Part shown: piece by piece, positions 55,560 to 64,000 of the stretch
Layout of the letters: each line of letters starts with the position of its first letter
Position numbering within the stretch: the first letter of the stretch is position 1
Notes under the pieces: model-generated
Seen by the model: only the letters and a program-made list of their open reading frames with translations
Told to the model about the DNA's origin: nothing
Database searches by the model: none
Program-made: the position numbers and the translations under genes
Virus record (IMG/VR): IMGVR_UViG_2786546892_000017
Origin: a virus
Lineage: Duplodnaviria > Caudoviricetes
Strand: one strand, 5' to 3'
DNA length: 64,000 nt

Positions 55560-56242
55560 TTGCAGTCTCCTTGGAGGGAATCGAGGGCTTGGGTCAGTTT
55601 GGAACGGATGTCGTGAAATTGCATGCCGACGTCCAATTGCTTTGCATTCACGTACCTTGCGCGACCGCGGCTCCGCTCGCGTTTTTGCTTGCAATTCGCC
55701 GAGCATTTAGACTGCGTGTAGTGCCCTATGAATCGTTTGCCGCACACGCTACACAGTCTGCTGTAGCCACAAGACAAACAAGAAGGCTGTCGGTCGCGGC
55801 GCGATGCCGACAACAAATGTTTAGCGGTCCTTACGACTCGTTTTCCGCAGTCGCACAAGCATTGCCATTTTTGGCTAGATGTTAAATTTTTATAGCCGTA
55901 AGTGCTCACGGGTTGCAAAACCGTGAGCAACCCAAATCGATGCGACATCAGATCTCGCCACTGCCTTCGCAGAGCACTTGCAGTCAACGCAACCTTTTTG
56001 GCCGCGCACGGTCGACATGAACAAGCATGACCGTAAGACGAATACAACAAATATTGCCGGGTTACAGTTCTGTACTTCCCGCACTCACACTTGCACACCC
56101 AAACACGATCTTTAGGAGATATTCGTTGGTGGCCACAAATGCGATCCACGCCCAACACCGTCAGCTTCCCGTACTCCCTCCCCGACAGTTCCCCCTTCCT
56201 GTACGGCGGCGCCTTCTCCCGTTTGGCCTTCACTTCTCCCAT
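55556..56242 (-). CDS. Zn-ribbon repeat protein of homing-endonuclease-associated type
   Basis: two G.LTV...W.C.C.CG repeats; visibly lower GC than flanks. Confidence 0.6.
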   Translation of the reverse strand: MGEVKAKREKAPPYRKGELSGREYGKLTVLGVDRICGHQRISPKDRVWVCKCECGKYRTVTRQYLLYSSYGHACSCRPCAAKKVALTASALRRQWRDLMSHRFGLLTVLQPVSTYGYKNLTSSQKWQCLCDCGKRVVRTAKHLLSASRRDRQPSCLSCGYSRLCSVCGKRFIGHYTQSKCSANCKQKRERSRGRARYVNAKQLDVGMQFHDIRSKLTQALDSLQGDCK

Positions 56243-56826
56243 TGCCACCCCTCCCCGAACATCACCTGCTGCGTACTCGCCGCCCGCCCCCGCCGCGACC
56301 ACCACGGGCGAATCCGCACCCCGCGGCACCTGGCCACCGTGACGCCAACCCGGTCGCCCCACCCTTCCGGGACCGCCAGATACCCGGGCGCCCACGCCAC
56401 GTCCGGCAGCGGGTCATAACCGCCGTGTCGCAGTCTCCGCATTATCATTTCGTGGGCCAGCTCCGGGCTGTCCACCGGGCCGACCAAATACGTCACCTGC
56501 CCCAACCGGACAGTCGCAACGAACTTACCCCGATGCCGCCGCACGTACTTCGGGAGAATGTGCGGGCGAATCACCCCGGCCGCAACGCCTCCCTTGATTG
56601 CGGCCCACACGTCAAGGGTTGTCGTCAGGGGCGTGGATCGGCTGACGAACTTCACCGCAGCCCACGCCAGCCCTTCTGACGGGTAAAGCCCGAGATTGAT
56701 ACTTCCGCCTGCCGACTCGGGCAACCAGAGTCGGGCCTGGAACAGCCCCGGTTTGATTTGCCGCACGTACTTATGGCGGCACCTGTGAGACGTATCCCGT
56801 TCGATTTCGCGCACATCCCCCAACAT
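56230..56826 (-). CDS. AP2-like DNA-binding protein
   Basis: KYVRQ...FQARL...INLGLYPSE.LA; second LPKYVRR..GKFVATV...S.ELAH repeat. Confidence 0.6.
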   Translation of the reverse strand: MLGDVREIERDTSHRCRHKYVRQIKPGLFQARLWLPESAGGSINLGLYPSEGLAWAAVKFVSRSTPLTTTLDVWAAIKGGVAAGVIRPHILPKYVRRHRGKFVATVRLGQVTYLVGPVDSPELAHEMIMRRLRHGGYDPLPDVAWAPGYLAVPEGWGDRVGVTVARCRGVRIRPWWSRRGRAASTQQVMFGEGWQWEK

Positions 56827-56847
56827 GCGAGAAGCCTCCGGTGAGAG

Positions 56848-57540
56848 TTAGTCGACGAGTTTCCGCAATAACGGCCTCAGCCGCTCCGTCGCCAGGTTAC
56901 ACAGTTGCCGGACCCGTTCCCGGCTGATCCCCTCAATCACCCCGATTTGACGCAGGGTCAATTGGTCGTACCCGAGCAGCCCGTACCAGTGGCAGAAAAT
57001 CCGCCGCTGCCGGATCGGGACTGCCAGCAGGGCCTGCTGGATGTCTCGACGGAGGTGGGTCCGCCACACCTCCCGCTCTCCGTCTTCCTTGGACGACACC
57101 CCGAGCGAGTCCCAGCCGGCCGTGGTCCCGCCGTCCAAGTCGCGGACCGCGTCCACGGGGATGAGGGAGTCGGGCTCGCCGGCCCTCCGCATGTTCGTTC
57201 GCTGGCACTTCGCCCGAATGTGTGCGGCCGCATAGGTCACAAACTTGACCCCGCGCCGCGGGTCGAACTTCGTCGCCGCGATCGTCGCACCCAAGTAGGC
57301 CGCGAGTTTACACTCCTCAAAGTGATCGTCTCCACGGGCAACGATCTGATTCCACGTCCCCCGGTAGGCCGTCGAGAGTACGAGGATCGGCTCCGGGTAC
57401 AGGTCGATAAACTCTTTGAGAATCCGCTGCCCCGACTCCCGGAGTACGGGCTGCCATTCCCCCCGCTTCTCGTCCCACACGAGGCGGGCGAGCGGGCCGA
57501 TTTTGGGCTTGAGCGGGCGGTCGAATAGTGTCGGCTGCAT
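56848..57540 (-). CDS. phage sigma-70 family RNA polymerase sigma factor
   Basis: AATKFDPRRGVKFVTYA..HIR (region 2); TLRQIG..EGISRERVRQL (region 4). Confidence 0.92.
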   Translation of the reverse strand: MQPTLFDRPLKPKIGPLARLVWDEKRGEWQPVLRESGQRILKEFIDLYPEPILVLSTAYRGTWNQIVARGDDHFEECKLAAYLGATIAATKFDPRRGVKFVTYAAAHIRAKCQRTNMRRAGEPDSLIPVDAVRDLDGGTTAGWDSLGVSSKEDGEREVWRTHLRRDIQQALLAVPIRQRRIFCHWYGLLGYDQLTLRQIGVIEGISRERVRQLCNLATERLRPLLRKLVD

Positions 57541-57603
57541 GTACGCTCTCCTGATTTATTTGTCATCGATTTCGTGCGGGGAGGAATGCGTCCGGCGTCT
57601 CAA

Positions 57604-58422
57604 TCACGGCGCAACCCGCCCGTTGAGTACGAAGGCGGCGTGTGTGATCGGCCAGCCCTGCTTGAACATCTCTTCGCAGGCCAAGGCACCGAGTTCGATC
57701 TCGTGGAGTGGGTAACTGCGGAACGTCGCCTCTTCGCTGCCGACTCGCAACGATAGGAACGACATCAGCGACCGCGGGTTGCACGTCACCCAGCAGGATG
57801 AGTAGATGCCGACCGGCAGACAGTCACGGGCCAAGCCGGGGTCCAATTGCCTGGACAATTGACGCTCATACCGAGCGTATTCGTCCTTGTAGCCTTGCTT
57901 CATATCGCTAACGATCTCGTCGTATTTCTGGTCGGCCGCCGCTTCAGCAATATCTCCGAAATGTTCCATGTCGGTCACCAAAGCCATCGACTGATCCAGG
58001 GTTAGGAACTTCGGTCGACCGGGTTTCCAGCCATCCACTTTTACCATTGGCCTGTCTCTCGCTGGAATGTAGAAGACCGGGTCGAGTTGCTTATACCTTG
58101 CACTCTCTTCATTGTACGAAAATCCGATCCTGTGCCGGTGCCACTCCCTCCACACGAAGATCGGGGCCTTCACGCAGAAGGTCATTGCCGAATGCTCGAA
58201 CGGTGTACCGTGCCGGTGTTTGATCAGGTAGTTGATCACCCCGCGTACGTCGTCCGGGTTCTCGACGGCTCGCCTGAGTCCTTGCTGGGCACTGGTGGAC
58301 ACCCATGCGGCCGACGCGAGCATGGCGTCAGAGCCCATCGATTGAATCAGGGTGACATCGACCGATGATTTAAATTCCACGTTAAACCTCACGAACAGTT
58401 TGGATTGTTGGGACGGGGTCAT
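57604..58422 (-). CDS. thyX: FAD-dependent thymidylate synthase
   Basis: HGTPFEH, REWHRHR..SYNEESARY, NPRSL..FL.LR. Confidence 0.95.
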   Translation of the reverse strand: MTPSQQSKLFVRFNVEFKSSVDVTLIQSMGSDAMLASAAWVSTSAQQGLRRAVENPDDVRGVINYLIKHRHGTPFEHSAMTFCVKAPIFVWREWHRHRIGFSYNEESARYKQLDPVFYIPARDRPMVKVDGWKPGRPKFLTLDQSMALVTDMEHFGDIAEAAADQKYDEIVSDMKQGYKDEYARYERQLSRQLDPGLARDCLPVGIYSSCWVTCNPRSLMSFLSLRVGSEEATFRSYPLHEIELGALACEEMFKQGWPITHAAFVLNGRVAP

Positions 58423-58793
58423 ATGCGGCGAGCCTCCGCCGCCGGCGGCTTGTTGAACCCGTGCCGCCCGTACCTGTGCATCGTCGACCGGCCCCCGTAC
58501 TTCGGCCCCGCCAACTCCTCGTCCGCCGGCCGCGGGACGTTCTCCATCACCTTTTCCAGAGGCACTTTGTACAAGCAACAGAGGGTAAGGATCTCGCAGA
58601 CTTTGAACTGAATCTCGCCGGCCTCTCTCCGGTAAAGCTCGTTCGATCCGAGGTGTAGCAGTTTGCACACCTCGTCCTGCGTGTACCCGGCGTTCTCGCG
58701 GGCGACCGCGATGTTGGCCGCGATCTGGGGCATCATGCGGCGAATGAACACCGGGAGTCCCTTTTTACTCGGCACCGGCCACCCCCTCCACAA
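58419..58793 (-). CDS. Xre-family HTH protein
   Basis: [19 protein letters not shown]...EAG. Confidence 0.75.
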   Translation of the reverse strand: MWRGWPVPSKKGLPVFIRRMMPQIAANIAVARENAGYTQDEVCKLLHLGSNELYRREAGEIQFKVCEILTLCCLYKVPLEKVMENVPRPADEELAGPKYGGRSTMHRYGRHGFNKPPAAEARRI

Positions 58794-59457
58794 TGGGTAA
58801 CGTCAACCCCATTTGCCCCTGATATTTCCCACCCTTATCCGCATAACTCACCCGGCACTCCGCCTCGCCCTTGAGGAACAGCATCTGGGCGATCCCCTCG
58901 CCGGCGTAGATCTTGGCCGGCAGCGGGGTCGTGTTGCTGATCTCGATCGTCACCCGGCCGCGCCATTCGGGTTCAATGGGCGTAGTATTGATTATGATGC
59001 CACAACGTGCGTACGTGCTTCGTCCGACGCAGATGGCGAGCACGTCCCGCGGCATCTCGATCCACTCGACGGTCTCGGCGAGGGCGAAGGAATTGGGCGG
59101 GATGAGGACGTGATCCGGCCTGTCCGAGACAGGGCAGACCGCGTCAGCCTTTTCTTTCGTTTGGTAACACCGCGCGCACCCCTGACCGCTTTGGTTTGGA
59201 GACTTGATCCACATCTGCCAGAATCTGTGTTCGCCGCTCGGCGTCAGGTCCACATCCACGAACGCCTTCGCATCAAAGCTCTTGGGATCTACCACCCCGC
59301 GATGGGCGTTGGTAAAGATCTTGAACTTGTACCCGGCCCGCACGTCCAATCCATAGGACGAGAGCCCCCAGCTAATCCGCCCGGGGGTCTTGTCCCAGGT
59401 CGGGGGCGGGTCGATTTTGACCCTCGCCGCGATCATCCAGTCGGGTAAGACGCCCAT
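58765..59457 (-). CDS. dcd: dCTP deaminase
   Basis: [49 protein letters not shown]. Confidence 0.93.
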   Translation of the reverse strand: MGVLPDWMIAARVKIDPPPTWDKTPGRISWGLSSYGLDVRAGYKFKIFTNAHRGVVDPKSFDAKAFVDVDLTPSGEHRFWQMWIKSPNQSGQGCARCYQTKEKADAVCPVSDRPDHVLIPPNSFALAETVEWIEMPRDVLAICVGRSTYARCGIIINTTPIEPEWRGRVTIEISNTTPLPAKIYAGEGIAQMLFLKGEAECRVSYADKGGKYQGQMGLTLPIVEGVAGAE

Positions 59458-59814
59458 CTCAGTTGTTCCCTCCAATGCTCACCAGCCACGCACACAGCCG
59501 GTAGGTTCCGGCGACCATAATCGCCATGAGACACAAATAAAACACGGCCACGATGCACCCCGTAGCAACGTCGCCTTGGTCGTTAGGCTTATCCGCCACG
59601 CCCGTCCTCCGGGGTAAAAGGAAGAACTACGCAGCACTTGCCCCGAAATTCTTCTCGCTCGGAACGGGGCGGCTCTGCCCCGTTCAGCCGCCCCGCCATC
59701 TCCCGGTATGAGTTCATGCACACCCGGCACAAGTCCCACATGCTCGCTGTGTTCGGGCACGCCCCGTTCTGGCACCGCTTGGGCTTCCGTTTCTTTGAGG
59801 TGCGGTCGGCGGCT

Positions 59815-60929
59815 TTAGTCTTGGGCATCGGTCGGCACCTCGTCGAACAGGGAGGGGGCGGCCGGGGTCGCAATCGCCTCGACCTTCGCCCCCGTCACCC
59901 GCTTGTAACTATTCCACCCGCTCTCCACGTCCCGCAGTCGGTTCCGGGCAATCTCGACCTGACTCTCGCGGATGTCGCATCCGATGAAATTCCGCCCATG
60001 AATAATGGCGGCATGGGCTGTTGTTCCGCTCCCCGTGAAACAGTCGGCGACCGTGCCCCCGGGCGGGCAGCAGGACAGGACGAACCGCTCGACCAGTTCC
60101 AAGGGGTAGGGAGCTTCGTTATCGTGGGCCGCGTCGTGGCCCATTTTGCCGCCGCCGACAACGCAGTCGACGATGTCGCCGTGTTCGTAGCGGGCGAGTA
60201 TCTTGGTGACCTCTTCGGCCGTGTAGGTGCGATTGATAATGATGCCGGGGTTCGCCTTCACAGGTGGTTGGTAAGCGTTGCCGTTCTGAATGTCCCCGTT
60301 TTTCGCCCCGCAGGTAGCTCGGCCGATAGGAGCCACGACATGCGAAGGTCTGTGGCCATCGAGGGACACTGCTTTGGTTCCCGGCGCCTTCGACCCGCGT
60401 CGCGTTTTTGCCCCCGTCTTGCCCCATTGATTGACCCGCGATCCGCTGCTCACCCGATGGCTCATTTCTCCGCCCGGTCCCCACTTCGGGGTATGCCCAC
60501 ACGCCGTGTTGTCGCTCCACGGCAACCGCCCCGGGCGAGCGACGCAGATGATCGGCTCGGAGTCCCCACGGAACCAGTCTGGGCCACCACTACCGGGGAT
60601 ACCAACACGCCGGTAGATACACGGTTTCCGCAACGTGAACCCCAGACGGATCAGGTCCGCCATAAGCAGATACGGTGTTGCGGAGTAGCTGTAATCTTCC
60701 GTTCGCCCCTCACACACGATCGCAATCAACCCCGTCACCTTGGGGACGCGGCCTGGATGATCGTGACCATCCAGTCGACCCACGCCTGACCCGTCAGGTT
60801 GAACCCGATCCCGTATGACCTTTGGGCTTCGTAAGGCGGGGAACCCATGAACAGATCGACGCTGTCATTGGGCTGGCGGTTCCACCAGTCGATCGCATCG
60901 CCCTGTTCCACCGCCCACGTCCCGCCCAT
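59815..60929 (-). pseudogene. N4-C/N6-A DNA methyltransferase split by a frameshift near 60745
   Basis: SVDLFMGSPPY in ORF 60735..60929; PYP.EL.ERF...DCFTGSGTT...GCD in ORF 59815..60783, different frame. Confidence 0.8.
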
Positions 60930-60966
60930 CACCCCACCCCCTTCGTCAGCCGCCGCCCGCAGTTCT

Positions 60967-61398
60967 TCATCCGCCATTGGTCGTTACCCCCAGAGCCGCC
61001 ATGAGATTCCGAAAGTGCCCCCGCGTTTTCGGCCACAGGCGATCCGGTAGCCTTTGGTCATCCACTCGCCAGTAATTGCTCACATCGTTGGGGTTGTCGC
61101 CGGCCGGATACACCACAACGGAAATACTGCCCCGCCGCAGTATGGCATTGTCCTCGCCGTGAGGCGCAAAGCCCTGTTGGATGAGCCACGTCTCCGTCAC
61201 GGGCTCGTCCGCGTCCTCCGTCGGCAACAGGCCCAGCACCGCGCGGGCCACACCCATCGCGTCGTCGCGAATCTGGTTCGCCGGCTCCGGCTCCAGGCTT
61301 TCGTCAAAGGGCGACGGTTCGTCCTCGTGGAACCACTCCATGAGAATCCGTTCGGCCGCCGCCCGCAGTTGGTCCGCCGCCGGTGTCTCGCTGCTCAT
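60967..61398 (-). CDS. hypothetical protein
   Basis: DEPVTETWL...GF...TRGHFRNL.AALG. Confidence 0.55.
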   Translation of the reverse strand: MSSETPAADQLRAAAERILMEWFHEDEPSPFDESLEPEPANQIRDDAMGVARAVLGLLPTEDADEPVTETWLIQQGFAPHGEDNAILRRGSISVVVYPAGDNPNDVSNYWRVDDQRLPDRLWPKTRGHFRNLMAALGVTTNGG

Positions 61399-61399
61399 G

Positions 61400-61948
61400 T
61401 CAGGTGCCCTCCGGGGTGTCGTTAGTGGGTGCCGGTCGCTGCGGCACGTAAGCCGTCCGCGAAAAACAATCGTGGTGCATCACCCCTCGCTCCGACCGGA
61501 ACCACTCGAACCACCGCGGACGGGGCTCGTCCCAATGCAGGCCGACGGGCGTTTCCTTGCCGATCCCCCTGCCACACTTTTGGCAGCGGGAAAACAGACG
61601 TCGCCGCAGAGTTTGAAGTGGGTGGATCTGGAGCCGCCAGTGCCAGAAGTGGTAGCGGGGATGCTTCCACCATGCCCGCGGCCGCGGGTCTTGCCGGTCC
61701 TCGGCCTTCCCCTTGTTGAACCAGTCGCACGAGTCGTCGCTCCCGTCCCTCTCCGGGTCGACGTGCCAGACCGTTACCAGGGCCGGACGGTAGCCGTGGA
61801 TGGAGCGCACGAACGGGTTCTTGATTTCGAACGCTACTGTCATTGGGTCATGCATTGGATGCTCCTTGTTTCCTCTCCGCCGCCCGACCCAGACACTCCG
61901 CCTGGGCCACGATCCGAAATCGCCCAGATCGCTCAACCGTTGGCCCAC
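61400..61948 (-). CDS. hypothetical protein (start probably MHDPMTVAF)
   Basis: MHDP.TVAF.I..P...VWHVDPERDGSDDSC.W; CQKC. Confidence 0.55.
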   Translation of the reverse strand: MGQRLSDLGDFGSWPRRSVWVGRRRGNKEHPMHDPMTVAFEIKNPFVRSIHGYRPALVTVWHVDPERDGSDDSCDWFNKGKAEDRQDPRPRAWWKHPRYHFWHWRLQIHPLQTLRRRLFSRCQKCGRGIGKETPVGLHWDEPRPRWFEWFRSERGVMHHDCFSRTAYVPQRPAPTNDTPEGT

Positions 61949-62322
61949 GCGATCACGTCCGCCACTGAATGAAACACCGGGATGCCACGACCCATCGCCT
62001 CTGCCGTCTCCAAATCGGCCCCCGTCGACAGTCCAGGCAACCGGAGAACCGCGTCAGACACGGCCACCCACGGCAGATCAACCCCCATCCAATCCTCATG
62101 CGTCGTGTCGCCCGGTAACACGCTCGCGATCGACGCCACAACGCCCTCCGGGTGACGGCTGCTAATGGCTTCATACGTCGACCCGTGGTACACGCTCCAG
62201 TGCGGACACCACGGGGCCAACCCCGCACGCAGGAGGGCGGCAAACGCCGCGTCTGCCTGTCGGATGTTGTGGGCCAGACAACCCTTGCTAATGGGGCCAG
62301 CTATGTAGACTCGTTTTTTCAT
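61933..62322 (-). CDS. nucleoside 2-deoxyribosyltransferase-like protein
   Basis: VYIAGP, D....SDAVLRLPG.STGADLE...A...GIPVF. Confidence 0.8.
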   Translation of the reverse strand: MKKRVYIAGPISKGCLAHNIRQADAAFAALLRAGLAPWCPHWSVYHGSTYEAISSRHPEGVVASIASVLPGDTTHEDWMGVDLPWVAVSDAVLRLPGLSTGADLETAEAMGRGIPVFHSVADVIAWANG

Positions 62323-62874
62323 CGTTCACCCTCGTTAAGGTTTCGCCCCGCACACAATGCACTTCCCGCAATTCAGCGGCTCCGGGTGCGGGCAGTCCCG
62401 CCGCAGGAGCGCGAGATCGTCGCGCAGCGTTTCCATCCGGTTCTCAATCTGCATCGTCGCCGCCTGCCGGGCGGCGAACTCGTTCCACATCTCCGCCGCC
62501 CGCTTGTCGTCGTTCCCGCACCGGTGGCGGATGTGGGCCATGATGCCCTCGGTCGCTCGCATGTAAGTTGTCTCGTTCGTGTTAGATAGTCGCCCCACAC
62601 ACCAAACACTCGTCCCAACTATCCGAGCCGCCCGCCGGGTCCGCATGCCACTTCGTCGTCGGGTGCCGGCAGTCGCGATGTACGGCCGCCAGCTCCGCGT
62701 CCATCGCCGTAATCGCGAGCCTGTGAGCCCGCTCCGCAGCGGCCTTCCTGTCGCGAATCTCAGCCACCTTCCGCGCCGTGCACTCCAGGTTGTGCAGGTA
62801 GCCCGCCAACTGGACGTCCGACTGATCCGGGTGGTTTCGCCCATGGTGGTGGGCGATGAGTTCGGGGGTAATCT

Positions 62875-63330
62875 TCATGTGGCCTGCCTCCGTTTGGATT
62901 CCAACACCGCCACCAGACTCGCGGCCGCCGTCCCGTCCGCCAGCGTCTTCGCTGTCGCTCTGACCAACGTCCAGCCGAGCACGGCCGCCGCGTTGTACTT
63001 GGCCATGTCCTCGTCGTACCCGTTCCCGATCGCGTGCCGACTCATCAACAGCCGCCGCGGGTGCCGGCACTTCTTGCACGGGAGGGGTACCCAAATTCTT
63101 CCTTCCCGCTCAAACGCCGTCATTTGCTCGGGCCAGCACAGGTCGAACCGCCATTCCCGCCCCATCGCCTCTTTCGCGAACCGATGCTCGCGGGTCGGCT
63201 CCGGGAACCCCGCCGCCCGCACCGCCGCCAGCAACGGCCCCAGGTCGTCAACTGCCGGCAGGTTGGTCTTGGCCCCGGCCACGATCGCCGCGGGGTAGTT
63301 GGACATGGCCTGGAGTTGTTCCAGGGTCAT
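62875..63330 (-). CDS. PD-(D/E)XK endonuclease
   Basis: EHRF....WRFDL.WP...A.E.EG...D..KYN.A...GW..R. Confidence 0.8.
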   Translation of the reverse strand: MTLEQLQAMSNYPAAIVAGAKTNLPAVDDLGPLLAAVRAAGFPEPTREHRFAKEAMGREWRFDLCWPEQMTAFEREGRIWVPLPCKKCRHPRRLLMSRHAIGNGYDEDMAKYNAAAVLGWTLVRATAKTLADGTAAASLVAVLESKRRQAT

Positions 63331-63344
63331 GCGGACGCGGCGGG

Positions 63345-63695
63345 TCAAGATGTCGCCTCCGTAGCCCTGATCGCCGCCCGGCAAATCGCCTCCGGGAACC
63401 GGTCCCTGAGAACCACCAACACGTCCGGCCACGCGGCTATCATCTGGCCGTCACTGAAAGTCGCCTGCCCTTGGATGGCTTGCAGGTACGCGTGCCGGCG
63501 AGAGAGGATCCACCCGCACGCCACCTGATGGACCTTCCACGCCAACGCGATCTCCGTCGAGTACGCCGGTACGTCCATCGTCATCCATTCGTCCCGCGCC
63601 GGGTCCGGCTGCCAGATCGCCACCCCGTGGGCGTTGATCGCGCCGCCCATGATGCGGGTGTGGACCGCCGCGTCCAATTCACGAAGACTGCTCAT
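63345..63695 (-). CDS. phage ABA-sandwich-like protein
   Basis: ELDAAV...MG...PAYST.IA.AW.V...PEAICRAA. Confidence 0.65.
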   Translation of the reverse strand: MSSLRELDAAVHTRIMGGAINAHGVAIWQPDPARDEWMTMDVPAYSTEIALAWKVHQVACGWILSRRHAYLQAIQGQATFSDGQMIAAWPDVLVVLRDRFPEAICRAAIRATEATS

Positions 63696-64000
63696 GCCCA
63701 TATCCCCCGCTTGACCCCCACCCGCGCCCACGCCGCCTGAACCTTCGCCCAATCGACCACGGCCGCCGTCCTCACCGCCGCCCGGCACAACATGTCAACG
63801 CCGTGGTCGGAGACATCGGGGTTACCGACCGCTTGCATGATCACGTCCTCTGTGTCGCGGATGTACTGCTCCGGGTCGTGCGTCAGGGTACCAACGAAGC
63901 CGGCTGGCAGGAGGGTTCGGAATCGAGCGGGTTGCGTCTCGTTCACTTCGGCCCCTCCCCCGTGTACTCCCGCCCGTCCAACACCCGGCCCGAGACCGCG

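Noticed and set aside
55556-56242. Active homing endonuclease
   Set aside because: Only the Zn-ribbon repeats are visible; no HNH or GIY-YIG catalytic motif identified

Overview
The whole window reads as the genome of a GC-rich tailed (siphovirus-like) phage or prophage, probably of a Planctomycetota (Gemmataceae-like) host. The host inference rests on three TIGR02996-type proteins, a planctomycete-style ClpC N-domain and a Gemmata-style acidic/basic membrane protein. Most genes are on the minus strand. From right to left come nucleotide/DNA genes (nuclease, frameshifted MTase, dCTP deaminase, ThyX), a sigma factor with an AP2-like neighbour, terminase, a portal carrying a C-terminal Acb1-like 2H phosphoesterase, protease, HK97 capsid, head-tail and tail genes, tape measure, a Cys/Thr-rich protein, a multidomain glycosyltransferase, a second sigma/AP2-like pair, and tail fibre genes. 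No integrase, lysin or att site is recognisable. The main discovery is a two-class promoter code interleaved along the genome. Class I, A[C/G]TCAGGCAACG-N8-TAnnnT (17 complete copies plus one box-only copy), precedes accessory genes. Class II, TAGTTCCC-N10-CAYnnT (about 15 copies), precedes mostly virion/packaging genes. Class II genes are either leaderless or have the RBS locked in a hairpin that only class II initiation would open. Other candidates are two inverted cassettes sharing a structured RNA leader and 3' end but carrying different membrane proteins, and an RNA resembling the 23S rRNA L11-binding site. All family calls are by eye, without database searches.
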